Assembly (NCBI RefSeq): GCF_037042905.1
Contig: NC_087252.1
Span: forward strand, 27,592,001 to 27,656,000
Length of the DNA stretch: 64,000 nucleotides
Source of the DNA: Lytechinus pictus
Lineage: Eukaryota
Direction of reading: 5' to 3'
Positions 25,750 to 37,989 of the stretch are shown here, in pieces (position 1 is the stretch's first letter; every line of letters begins with the position of its first letter). The position numbers were made by a program, and so were the translations under genes. The notes under the pieces are model-generated. The model did not search any database and was not told the origin of the DNA. It saw nothing but the letters and a program-made list of their open reading frames with translations.

Positions 25750-26648
25750 AACAAGTGGAATGCCTCTGGCCGTCTCACCTGCATCACGCGATTCAATATA
25801 GCAGCAGTGCTGATTTTGAAAACTACTATAACTCGCACAAGATGTTCAGTGATACTTGGTTACTCTTATTTCCACGTGTTATGAACTAGACCAATACACT
25901 TATAGAGATATGTTGGCAATTCAACAAATACCCCCAACTTGCCAAAGTTCTTTGACCTTTGACCTTGATCATGTGACCTGAAACTCGCACAGGATGTTCA
26001 GTGATACTTGATTAGTCTTATGTCCAAGTTTCAAGAGTCAGCTCCATCAACTTTCAAAGTTATGATGGTAATTCAACAGATACCCCCATTATGGCTAAAG
26101 TTCATTGACCTTTGACCTTGATCATGTGACCTGAAACTTGCACAGGATGTTCAGTAATACTTGATTACTATTATGTCCAAGTTTCATGAATCAGATCCAT
26201 AAACTTTCAAAGTTATGATGGTAATTCAACAGATACCCCCAATTCGGCCAAAGTTCATGTGACGTGAAACTCATGCAGGATGTTCAGTGATACTTGATTA
26301 ACCTTATGTATAAGTTTCATGAACTAGGTCCATATATTTTCTAAGTTATGATGACATTTCAAAAGCTTAACCTTAGGTTAAGATTTTGATGTTGATTCCC
26401 CCAACATGGTCTAAGTTTGACCCTAAATGACCTTTGACCTTGGTCATGTGACATGAAACTCAGGCAGGATGTTCAGTAATACTTGATTAACCTTATGGCC
26501 AAGTTTCATGAACTAGGTCCATATACTTTCTAAGTTATGCTGTCATTTAAAAAACTTAACCTCAGGTTAAGATTTGGTGTTGACGCCGACGCCGCCGTCG
26601 GAAAAGCGGCGCCTATAGTCTCACTCTGCTATACAGGTGAGACAAAAA
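25750..26648 (+). mobile_element. Helentron/DINE-1-like non-autonomous element with internal tandem repeats
   Basis: Starts AACAAG, has subterminal inverted repeats GTCTCACCTG/CAGGTGAGAC, ends ACAAAAA. Contains about five 130-190 bp repeats and a GCC-rich hairpin near the end. Confidence 0.75.
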
Positions 26649-26995
26649 CTTGCAAATAAAAATGGTGCAAAATCTGATTGACACAAACAAAAATCATTAA
26701 AAGAAATATTTTAATGAAATCACTTAAATGGCTAATCATAATCCTGTTCATGATGGAATGTTTAATTGTCTAATAACATAGTATTAAAAGTTTATGAAAG
26801 CTTGAATTTTTTTAGAGAGGAAGTTGATCTTATGGAACTAAATAAGTTGGCAGGAAACAATTGAAAACAGCTAAATCTAACGTTACTTGGAACTACAGAA
26901 ATCTACTAACAATGCTTTGACTTTGGCAATCATTTCGCTTGTGGAAGGTAATTGTAGACGAAGTTTACTGCACACCGAATGAACATGCGAAACTT

Positions 26996-28746
26996 TCAAG
27001 GCTGAGTGGATCCAGTTATCTGCAACTGACCAACATTTGAGTGGGATCTAAGATGCTGCTCTAGATGGTGATTCAAGGCATAAGCTTTGTCGCAGAATTC
27101 ACATTTGAAAGGCTTTTCACCAGTGTGGATCCTGACATGTACTGTCATGGAGTATTTAGATGAGAACCCCTTCCCGCAAACCAAACAAACGTGCGGTCTT
27201 ATACCCTTGTGGCGGCGCTCGTGTATGCGCAGGTCGGTCCTCTCTGGAAACTTCTTATCACAGAACGAGCAAGAAAAGCGCATCTTGCGGTCAGCGTGTA
27301 ACCTTCTGTTGTGGCTGAGCAGGGATTTTCGAGTCCGGAAAGCCCTCATGCAGGGTTCGCATCTATGCGGCCTTGCGTCCGTGTGTTCCTCTTGATGGTT
27401 CGTGGCGGCGCTCTGCGATGCGAAGCTGCGAGGACACTGGTGGCACTTGTAGCGTTTCTCCTTGTTGTGCGAGTGAAGGTGTTTCGCTAGCCGGTTCTTA
27501 TAAGGGAAGACCTTGTCGCAGTGGTCACATGGGAACACAGAGACGTTTGGATGTTTGTTGCGCTTATGGCGTTCTAATCTATCTTTGCTGGCATATCTCT
27601 GGCTACAATGGGTACACTTAAAGGGTTTTTTAGAGTATTGATTTAAGCGAACTCCAAGCATATCAATCTTTGTCCCTTCATCACCCTCTCCTTCTTTTGT
27701 TTGTTGTTCACTATCATCACTATCACTTTCATCATCCTCTTCATCAGTGATTACAACATTTGGTCTGTGTTTCTTCCTCTCCTTCTTTCTTTTCTTCAAA
27801 AACTCAGCAAGTCCTTCACAGTTTGTCACATGCCGAGCTATTTTGCCTTTCGGATTTAGCTCCTTCGAACAACCCATGCACAAGAGTTTCCCTGACCCGA
27901 ACGCAAAGCCATGTACGTCATCCAGATGTCGGTGAAGGCGAGAACGTGAAGTGTAGTTCTTGCCACATAAGGAACACCTGATCTCTGGTACAATGTAGCC
28001 AGATTTCTGATCACTTTCTGATGATTTAGCCAAGTTCCCGATGACCTTCTCCGATTCCGAACTGATTGTCTCCTTCAGAAATGAACCATCATCAGCTCTG
28101 TCAGAGCCATCACTTACATCATCTTCTCCTGCCATTGCTCGAATTTTCTCTCTCATTGCCTGAAGCTTCTTACATTGCTGAAGATGTTGTAACATATTAT
28201 CTTCAAAGTCAAAATAATTTTGACAGCCCATGCACACAAGGTTTCCTTTCCTCCGTTCAAACCCATGTGTAACATGCATGTGGCGGGAAAGATGACCACG
28301 ACTGCTGTACTCCTTGGAACACAGCGTACACTTAATCCGGACTTCATCGTGGATCTTCTTGTGTCTCAGCAGCGTAAGCGACGTCTTGAAGACATCGTGG
28401 CACACGTCACACTCAAACTCACAGGTGCTTTCGTGGAAGCGCTCGTGGACCTGCAGACGACCTTCTGTTTGAAACCGTTTGCCACAGGTGGCACAGACAA
28501 AGTCTCCCTCCTGATCGCCGGATGGAACCTTACGACCAGTTTCTTGAGATTCCTGGTGCCTTTGTTCGGGTAAAGGGTGTTTCAGTGACTCCATCAATCT
28601 GGCCTTCTTGGTCATCCTGTCCTTGAGATTGCTATTCACATTCGGTGTCTGGTTGTCCTTCATGTGACTGAACTTGATGTGGCGGAGCATGACCTTGGAT
28701 CCATGGTACCTTTCCTCACACATGTGACACTTGAAACAGTCAGCCT
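26996..28746 (-). CDS. PRDM-type protein, last exon: 14 zinc fingers (12 C2H2 and 2 C2HC)
   Basis: T-tract plus ttAG acceptor, repeated CxxC...HxxxH motifs, a TGEKPF linker and a stop at 26996. The spliced CDS is 2802 nt (933 aa). Confidence 0.95.
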
Positions 28747-29472
28747 CTAAGTAAAAAAAAAAAAAACAAAGAAGAGAATGTAGAGGAAATGCACATGGAA
28801 AAGGGCTGGTAAAGAAATAAAGATTGTATGAGGGAGTGAGATTGAGAGAGCAAGGCTTGTATTATTCCATGGCCACAGAAAGCTATGGCCTAGGATGCTG
28901 TATTGACTAGCGTTGAGACCCCATTCATCAGCCTTGGCGATTTGTTGTGCCCTTTTGATATTTTTGTCTTCTGATTTGTGCGGTTATAATAGAAAGGAGA
29001 CCGATGGAAAAGTGACCTTACCGTAAAAATGTTGAAATTGAAGGTCAGGAGGGAGAGAAAGAGAGAGAGAGTGAGAGAGAGAAAGAGATAAAAAGAAAGA
29101 GAAAGATATGAATAGAACAGCAAAACAGCAAGGATCTTTACCTTCAAATATATGACTGAAAACACAATTTGTATCGATATTGTACACAAAATTACCTTTT
29201 TTGGTGCAACATACATACCGTACAAAAGTATGTGCATACATCTACGCAACAATGTACCCGGGTGTCATAAAGTTGGTCTTAAAAGATGGAGGACACATTG
29301 TGAAAATATTGCGCCAAATGTTCAAGGAGAAAGGGTGATATATACAAAAGTCTTTGGAAGACACTTTTCTCCATCGGCCTCATCAACTCTAACCCTGTAA
29401 TATTTGAAATTCTGCACGGTCGGCAGAGCTAAGATGAACTCCCTCGTCGAGAAACCAACGGATGTGACTCAC

Positions 29473-29725
29473 CTTTATTGAACCCCAGATCGTCCAGTTT
29501 TATTTTGCATCCTATCTTCTCCCTGTATTCATCCGAATAGAAGACCTTGAGTTCTGTACCGGGTTGGATGTTGTCTATCGCTCTGTAGTAGATATCTCCG
29601 TAATGCTGGAAGGCCTCGAGGTTCTGCTCAGCTGTGGTCCTTGCTGGACTGATGTGGTATAACCAATTGTTATGGGTGATGTTACTGCCATCAAGGTAGA
29701 ACAACACGTTTCCTTGAAAACATAG
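29473..29725 (-). CDS. PRDM-type protein, coding exon 5 (C-terminal half of the PR/SET domain)
   Basis: LDGS...NWLYHISPAR...EQNLEAFQ...IYYR...I.PGTELKVFYSDEY matches the PR consensus. ttccAG acceptor, GTGAGT donor (phase 1). Confidence 0.93.
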
Positions 29726-29940
29726 CTGGAAAATCACGAAAAAGATGTAGAAATGTCTGATACAAAGGAAACATGTCATAAGTGTCATTAAGAGTGCGCT
29801 TTGCCATTTTTCGTGAAGTCAGCTGCAATGTGCAATGGTAGAGACAAAGATATTGTGGGCTCTACAGAAGAAAACCTCAACCGTAATCCTTGTTTTTAAG
29901 CCCATATTTACTCACCTTTTTTATACATGCATATATAAAT

Positions 29941-30258
29941 GTGTGAAATTATACATGTACAACAGCTTTGGCAACTCTTTTATTTCAATATTTTGTGAAA
30001 GAAATGGATGAAGAGAACAATGGTAGGCGTAGCTTAAATCAAGGTTCCCCAGAGCTATCTACCCTTTGGAAAAATTGGTGATGCCGAAAAAATGTCTCTG
30101 CCGGGAATCGAACCCGGGCCCCCAGCTTTGAACGCCGGTGCCTTAACCACTAGACCAAAGAGACGGGTAAGTGGCTAAGGCGACCCCGATCCGATTGACC
30201 GTCAGATAGACAGATTTCGACACTATATCAATTATAATTTCCTTTGTCGGGTGTAGGT
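29941..30258 (-). mobile_element. Partial copy of the tRNA-carrying foldback element (one arm plus core), in a PRDM intron
   Basis: Near-identical to the reverse complement of about 15648-15960. Confidence 0.85.
30093..30164 (-). tRNA. Second copy of the TCA-anticodon tRNA-like gene (G7>T)
   Basis: The reverse complement matches 15743-15814 at 71 of 72 positions and is followed by T6. Confidence 0.7.
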
Positions 30259-30348
30259 AAATATTATTCTTTATCACAATATATAAAGCTCAAATTATTT
30301 GTACTCATCTTAACTGTAAAAGCTAATTTTATGGGGATGTTTCATCAT

Positions 30349-31253
30349 ACTAAATAGGTTCATTATTGCGGATTGAAATAATCGCTAGAGGGTATTCATT
30401 TGTCTCGCAATCTACTATGGTCAACGAGGAAATTCGTGATCACTCTCGCAAAAAGTGTTCACTGGCTTTCTAGGCAATTCGTGATCACTCTCGCAAAAAG
30501 TGTTCACTAGCTTACAAGTTCACAAGCTTTCGAGTGCCGCTGCAACTCTTTATCAAGTGACGAAAATTATCTGATGACGTACTCTATTTATACTAATCTC
30601 CAGGACCGTACGCACGAACGCGAGAACAATAGGTGGGCATTGATCCGTTGCGTCGGTATGCGGTGCGGCCGGTAATCCGTATATGCAAATAAGCCGGGGG
30701 TATATGCAAATACGCCGTGGGTCGGCGATATGCAAATTAGACAAAATTGGCGGGCTCGCTAGTTTCCCGTGGGCGGGGGCTGACTAGCTGAGCGGTCCCT
30801 CGTTCGGGGCCGGGAACGATCGGGTCGGCGTGCACTGCCAGGCAAGGGGGTATTGTGCTGTCTGATGGTTCGCATCCAGAAGTCGGGGATGTCGATCCCG
30901 CTGTCTCTGTTGAAGTTGTTAGGACAAAGACGTATACTAATAGCCTCCTTAATCCTGCGTGTATACCAATGTCTCTCTTTGGCAATGCAATGTACACCCT
31001 CCCAATCTGGGTGGTGTTGTTTCTCCCAAGCATGTTCTGCCACCGCGGATGTGTCGGTTCGCTGTAACCGAACATCGCGCTTGTGTTCAGAAATGCGTTC
31101 AACTATCGGTCGGGCTGTTTCTCCGATGTAAGACCCGTCACATCCCTGGCAAGGAATGTTGTATACTACGCCATCACGTCTGTGATCAGGGATAGGGTCT
31201 TTGGGGTGTACAAGCTGTTTGTGTAAGGTGGTGTCCGAGCGGAAAACCGTTCG
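30349..31253 (-). mobile_element. 5'-truncated Penelope-like retroelement (GIY-YIG endonuclease end plus 3' pLTR)
   Basis: Frame 31250-30759 reads LVHPKD...GVVYNIPCQGCDGSYIGETAR...EH...SAVAEH...RRIKEAISI...FNRDSG. Flanked by the 10-bp direct repeat GTTTCATCAT (30339-30348, 31254-31263). Confidence 0.9.
30520..30560 (-). ncRNA. Minimal type I hammerhead ribozyme-like motif in the Penelope pLTR
   Basis: The minus strand reads TCAC-TTGATAA-AGAGTTGCAGCGGCACTC-GAAA-GCTT-GTGA: stem I, variant core, stem II, GAAA and palindromic AAGCTT. Confidence 0.6.
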
Positions 31254-31716
31254 GTTTCATCATGTTCGCGGCCTGTTCACGAGCTTGAGATTGCCAACAC
31301 CAACAGCGAACTTCAAATCATTCAAATCATTTTCCCAATCCCTGGGGGTTGGTGTTGGTGAATGGGGAAATTGCACGTAGAAGATTGTCAACATCGGCCA
31401 CAGTGCTGGGTTAAGCAGACGACATTCAACACCAGCCTACAACACGAACTGCCGGAAATATGTCATATTTTTCCGAGGTCAATCCCAACACCAGCCTGAT
31501 TTCAAGTACGGTGTTGTCACCACCAACACCAGATTTCAACACCAAATTATACTTGAAATCACCCACTGAGTGATTTCAAACTTGTCCGGTGTTGATGTTG
31601 GCATTGGTAGCACAATTTGGATTGTGTTTCCTATTAACTCCAAAACCTACTCTGAGTTTACACTAATGATCCAGATCACAAATTTGACAACTCAACATCT
31701 AGTGAGCGACTTTTAA

Positions 31717-32305
31717 AGGACAAGTCCACCCCAACAAAAATTTGGTTTGAATAAAAAGAAAAAACATCCAACAAGCATAACACTGAAAATTTCATCAAAA
31801 TCGGATGTAAAATAAGAAAGTTATGATATATTTAAGTTTCTCTTACTTTCACAAAACAGTTATATGCACATCCTGGTCGGTATGCAAATGAGGAGACTGA
31901 TGACGTCGTCCACTCACTATTTCTTTTGTATTTTATTACATGAAATATTCAAATTTTCTCCTCATTGTAAACTGAAACAATGATTAATTCCTTCCTGAAC
32001 ATGTGGAATTAGCATTCTTGAATACTATATGGTTTAGTCAAGTTTGTCCTCATTGTCATATCTGTAAAATATGAAATATTGTATAATTCAAACAATAAAA
32101 AAAAAATAGTGAGTGATGGACATCGACTGACTCATTTGCATGCCACTGAGTTGTACATATCACTATTTTGTGAAAAATAGCGAAACTTTAAAATACCATA
32201 ACTTTCTTATTTTACATCCGATTTTGATGAAATTTTCAGCATTATGCTAGTTTGATTTTTCTCTATTTATTCAAATCAACATTTTTTCTGGGGTGGACTT
32301 GACCT
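31717..32305. mobile_element. Kolobok-like MITE
   Basis: TIR AGGACAAGTCCACCCC/GGGGTGGACTTGACCT, TTAA on both sides, long subterminal inverted repeats. Confidence 0.85.
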
Positions 32306-32397
32306 TTAAGGATAATCAAGTAAAAATTGACCTAACACCAACACCAAAAGCTCAACACCGAACCTGAAACCACCCATCCATTCCTGCATTCACGTAC

Positions 32398-32571
32398 CTC
32401 CCAAGTTGAGCCTATGTCTTGACCGTCCTCCTCGTCTAGCAGTGACCCGTTAAAAGGACCAAACCACTGAGATCTCTGGATGAATCGGTCAACCACAACT
32501 CCTTTGATGGCGCTTCCGTCCTTGTCTTTGAACTGGTATCTGAACCCCTGAGGAAGGTTTGCATGCTGCTT
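32398..32571 (-). CDS. PRDM-type protein, coding exon 4 (N-terminal half of the PR/SET domain)
   Basis: Not in the ORF track. Translates KQHANLPQGF...WFGPFNG...GSTWE, with the PR motifs LP.G, FGPxxG and WE. ttttAG acceptor, GTACGT donor, 174 nt. Confidence 0.9.
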
Positions 32572-33830
32572 CTAAAATAGATATACAGGGTGGTAGACAA
32601 AGAAATCAAGGTTACGGAAAACTTTCAAAGAAAACCTACATTTCTCACATCAATACTTTCTAGGATACTTTAAAACAGATATGTAACAATTATCAAGTGC
32701 ATTATGCATTTGCGACACTAACGGAACCAGAAAGAGGCACATCTAGCCCATGCCCACCCCCCTCCCTTTTTGAGAGACACAAATGTCATGCATACACAAG
32801 TGAGGACCTTTTTTTAACTTTTATTTTTTTAAAGCAGATAAGAACCAATAGCGCCAGCTCGAGTCCTCAACTACTCATACCTGGCCAGTTTCCTGACCCA
32901 TAATGCTAGTGTAGTCTAGTAATATAGACCCACTTGAATGATAACATGCTAATTAACTGCTCTGTACATTCATACCGCACTAATTATGCTACCAAGTAGC
33001 AAAACAATTACTTTTCTTCTCAAAACATTTTAGTTTCTCTATACAAATACAATTATAGGTCAATTTATTCTCTGTAGTATTAGTAGATATCTGAAAACGT
33101 ATATTCTAAGACTATGCATTTATAACACACAGTCAATAAGAGACCACACGCAGTCCACTCCCCCTTTAAACAAATTTGTCCTGGAAGAAAATGACTTCCA
33201 TTTTGTAGTGAAAACTTTTTTTTTGCTTCTCAAAATTTTCCCTGTACAAAATGCCTTCCCTTTTGGAAAATCCTGGATTCGCCCCTGATGTACTGAATCA
33301 GTATCAAAGAAAAGTTTCAAATAGTTACAATGTCAAAGAAATTTTTAAAGAAAACCTAAATGCCAAATAAAATATCATTACAATCTAGAAAAAAATTATT
33401 ACAGATGGCAAAGGATCTTACAAGCATGAAATAATTTCACTTTGAAAATTTGGTGCATTTTACATCTAAAGAGAGGAAATTTAAATTTCAACTAAAAAAT
33501 AAAAATAAATGAATTTCTTTGAAACCATGTCTTATGCAAATTAACCCAATTTAAAATTGGGTGGTTTGCAGACTAAGGGAGGAGTCAATCCAACGATCCT
33601 TCCGGTGTCAGCCATGATAGGTCCTGTCAATGCAAATTATTGTACACTTGTAAGGTTTTCCCCCAATGAAATTGCTTGGTATTTCATTATCAATTTGTGC
33701 TGAGATAGATATACATCTAATTTTCAAATTATGCTGAGATATATGCACATATTTATCTATTTTTGTTATGATTTTCCTCAAAATAGGTGCACTGATGCCA
33801 AACATCATGGATAAATTCCGGTCTTGATAC

Positions 33831-34048
33831 CTTTCCAGTCTTGTCAACCTTGTGACTAGTAGACCTCTGATTGTTTCCTCCGACGTTCACCGTCGTAGCC
33901 GACTTCTCAGCCAAAGGGGGTCGGCTGAGTGTGGTTGACCGAGTTGCGGTAGCAGCGGCCTGAGTGGACATTGTGGTCGAGGTTGACAAGAGTTGTTCTT
34001 GAGGTTGTGGAGCAGGAGGTTCAGGCCGACGGGAAGAAGCGTCGATAT
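33831..34048 (-). CDS. PRDM-type protein, coding exon 3 (Thr/Ser-rich)
   Basis: acAG acceptor and GTATCA donor; phases 1/0 fit both neighbours. Confidence 0.75.
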
Positions 34049-34845
34049 CTGTCGATGAAATGACAAGGTACATGGTAATAGCTTCATTAGAACTCAATTC
34101 CAACTGAGTCATGACAGGGCTTCAATTAACCCAACACCAAGTTCATGGCCTTGGATCGATTGACCTCAATGTCCCCCCAAGTTGGCCTTGGGCATGATTT
34201 TGAGTGATTTCCCCTTGCTGCGGTAACATAGAAATGTGCACTAAATTGAATTGACCTTGCCCTTGATAAGAATTTACAGCCTGCATTGCATTCATTTTGG
34301 TCCAGATATGATGTTGATAAGGAAAGCTATCTTTCCTAAAGCTAATGTCGAGGGACTGGCTCTCCAAATCCGGACCACAGTGCCATTCCCCTCAGCTCAA
34401 CTAAGGGGGCTGGCACTGGGATAGGGAGTTGGGAGTCATTTCATCTATGTTAGCTCTAGGAAAGAAAGCTTCCCTCCATCAACATACAATCTGGTGGGCT
34501 TTTCACAAAGAATGAATAGTGATTTAGAGTTATGCTTATGCACAGTAACACATAATTCGATTGCTAGATATGCCGCATGATCTGACCAATGCGGTGATGT
34601 GTTACACATGTATACCGGACACTTAAATCTTTGTGAAATATCTCCCTGGACTACATATATCTTTAGCTACATCTGAGCCGTTCAATGTGATATAATTGCA
34701 TTTGTATTACAGCTGAATGGACATCATGTTATTGCGCCATCATTGATGCCACTGCCTTGCTGCTTACATGCATAGACGATCTGTAGCTGGCACTCTTTAA
34801 CAACTCTGTTTTCACGCATATCACTATATCCTCTTGAGGAAGGGC

Positions 34846-35839
34846 CAGGGTAGGAATTAATTTTTTTTTTTTAGGGGCTACTTTTTTTTTTTACATTGGG
34901 GCTACCACTGAATATCTTGGGGCTATTTTCTAATTCATGGGGCTACTTTTTTTAATCGCATATCAGCAATTACCTTTTGACATTCCGAGACTCACTGTGA
35001 CGCCTAAAAGCTCAGAACATTTTTAACTGTAATTACTGTATACATGTTAAGTTTGCATTTCGGTTGAGGATTTGTTCAAATAGACTCAAAGATCACATAC
35101 TATATATGATATTAAAGAAAGGTGTTCACCATATATGAATGTCCAGGCTTGTTTATTCTTTAGTTTTGTCTCAACTTTGAATAGTGATATCAGCCCTGAG
35201 TGATATAGTGATGAGCAGTTGATTGAGTAACATATCCAGCCGAGCAGATCAATGATGCTGTTAAGGCACACCCAATCAAGCTGCAGCGCTGCACCAAATT
35301 CATAATTCCATGATGATGATTTCCATCAATGCTGCCAATGTTTAACCATTGGCGCTGTCACAATCACCAGCTGATCGCATACAATTCTGTGCATGCCTAG
35401 TACACATAATATACCGTACGATGCATGTGGTCTCGTTACCAGCTGTGCAGTCTAATCGTGCACGCGTACATGTACATAAGCCATGCGGCAAGTGCGTCAA
35501 CAATTCTAAAAACCCCGTGCTAAAGACTATGCGTACTCCGCATCCCATATTGCATTGCGCGTTTATTTACAATTGCGAAGCTTCCGGTGTTACGGAAGGC
35601 TCGGATATTGCATCGACCGTTCAACTTAAAGCTGGCAAGGGCGATATAAAAGATGCGCTTGCTCCGCCGCCGGAGAACGTAATTATGTGAAGTATTTTTT
35701 ACATTGTCGATGGTATTTTATTGGGGCGATTCTGAAATGAATAGTCGCCCCAAAGCATTGGGTTTTGAGAATTTTTAGGGGCGATTTGGGCTGTCATGGG
35801 GGCGAAATCGCCCGTCGCCCCCGTGTAATTCTGACGCTG
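34846..35839. mobile_element. hAT-like MITE in PRDM intron 2
   Basis: CAG...CTG ends with a perfect 8-bp TSD GGAAGGGC and subterminal GGGGCTAC/GGGGCGA repeats. Confidence 0.8.
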
Positions 35840-35904
35840 GGAAGGGCGCTCTCATATCATGATGTCATATGGTCTATTAGAAAACCAATTGATCATGTGC
35901 TCAC

Positions 35905-36187
35905 CTTCTTGTATCACTGCCGAGAATAGGTTGTCCACGCCCTGCGGAGGGCCTCTAACCACATGAACTCGATGTGACATCGATGGAACACCCTGCTGCA
36001 ACAGACCCCCTTCGGTTCCACCTTCTCCTCCAAGGACATGCGCAAAACTAGGCAGACTCCCATGGTTCAGCAAGGGTAATGGCTGCCCTCCTTGAGGCTG
36101 CTGCAGTTGCTGTAGGTGAGAACTGCCACTGCCAGAAGGTGCGGTTGTTGCTTGCAAGTGGTGGGGTTGCAGGAAAGAACCTTGTTG
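35905..36187 (-). CDS. PRDM-type protein, coding exon 2 (Gln/Gly/His-rich)
   Basis: ttgcAG acceptor and GTGAGC donor; phases 0/1 fit both neighbours. Confidence 0.75.
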
Positions 36188-36773
36188 CTGCAAGACGGGA
36201 TGAAGTTGTAAAAGGATTGTAAGTGGTTAGCCAAAAAAAATCTTGAAATTACTAATGAGGTGAAGGAGCGAAGCAACTCGATCCCAGTGGAACGAGGGTA
36301 GGGGAGAACAGCTACCCCCCCCCCCCCATCAGTGTGGAATTTGTTGCTAAGGGGTAAAATTGTGCAATCTGGCACATACTTTGATACATGTATATACATG
36401 TATGTATTAAGGCATTATGAAGAGATAAATTTATAAAAGAGAAAAACAATTAATTAAGCTGTCACTCTGCATGTACATGTAGTTAAAGAAAAAAATCAAC
36501 ATAGCAGGTGAACAAATTATTAATTATGGTTGTGGAAACTCATTAATGACTTTGAAATGTTTTTTCAAACCTTTTGGTCATCAACCCTTTGTGCATCAAT
36601 ATTTCTTTTAAGGTAAACCTGGACGAGATATTATTAAAAAGGGTTTCTAGACATTTTGTTTATGTCTATTTTCAATTTTCAGAGTGCGATTACTTTTAGG
36701 CTTGCGGTATGGTGGTGCATCATCGCGCCCAAAAAAATTCAAGAATTCCAGAAAAATCTGGATAACAACTTAC

Positions 36774-36896
36774 ATCCCTGAGTTGCAAGTGCTGCGGGAA
36801 CGAGTGGCTCATATGTTGTGAGTGGTGAGAAACAGAAGCTGTGCTATGAGGCTGCTGAGACTGCTGATTTGGGCCATCATAGTTCAGGTAGTTCAT
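36774..36896 (-). CDS. PR/SET-domain zinc-finger protein (PRDM-type), first coding exon (MNYLNYDG...LQLRD)
   Basis: Acceptor opens the exon at 36948; in-frame TGA upstream of the ATG at 36896; GTAAGT donor after 36774 (phase 0). Confidence 0.7.
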
Positions 36897-37454
36897 CCCG
36901 ATAGCCTTCTGAATCCAAAGACACAAAACTCAGCAAAGGTTGAATAACCTGTTTGAAAAAGCAGTAAACAGCCATGACATTGAAGATTGTGATTTTTCAC
37001 ACTCTAATGATCTTAGGTTTAGTGCAGAAAATAGGTGGAAACACACATTTTCTGATATCTAGACTTGCACTAATTGCACATTAATTTGATACAGGTTTCT
37101 TTTTTACGCAAATAGCAAGAGTAAGTTACTACTGATAAATGTGTACAAATTGAATGGTCAAATGCTATTGCAAATGCCTACCGGTATCCTAGATGGATAA
37201 CTCCAATACAATACCATTTTACAGGCCTACATACATTTTCATATTTATCAACTCTAATAAATCTTTTAATCCAGCCTACTCCATCCAAAAAGTTAGAGCA
37301 AAAATAAGACAGGTCAGGGCAGCCAACATCGTTCATGTGTCTTTGGCAATACAATCGTTAATAATCGAGGAGAGGGGGGTAGAGGTACTTTGTGGTCTAA
37401 GGTAAAATGTAAAGTACTAAGTGACTTTCAGCCACTGTCCAGTATTCAGTCAGT

Positions 37455-37958
37455 CAAACTTTTAGTTTCAATTTTGTAAAAACAGTTACATGCACATCAT
37501 CATGAATATTCATTAAGTGGGATGATGATGTCATATTCCCCACTTTCCTTGTTCTTATGTTACTACATAAAATCATAATTGTTTCATTTTTTAAAAATGA
37601 TGTCTCCATTATTATGATGAAATAAGTTGCAGCAATAAATAACTAATGCTATTAATCAGTTGTCAATCCAATTGTCTTAGTTCTTGGTAGAATTTTTTTT
37701 TGTTGTTGAATAGACCTAATTTCATATACCGGTAATAAAATACAATAGAACAAGTGGAGATATGACATCATCAGCCCATCTATTGAATATTCATAAAGAC
37801 ATGCCTAGAACTGTTTCACCGGAATAATGCAAATCTTTGAAATTCAAAAAAATTGTTATTTGTTTTCCAAATTTGATCAAATTTTCAGCATTTTGCTCTG
37901 TGAATTTTACTCTACTAGTATTAATTGAAATATAAATATCTCTAGCCTGGACCAACTC
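37455..37958. mobile_element. Partial Kolobok-like MITE
   Basis: Similar to 18363-18921; ends AGCCTGGACCAACTCT-TTAA. Confidence 0.7.
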
Positions 37959-37989
37959 TTTAATAATTTTCCTAGCATTTGAGCCAAGA

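Noticed and set aside
26996..36896. PRDM9 orthologue
   Set aside because: No KRAB or SSXRD domain seen, and the fingers are heterogeneous rather than a near-identical 84-bp array.
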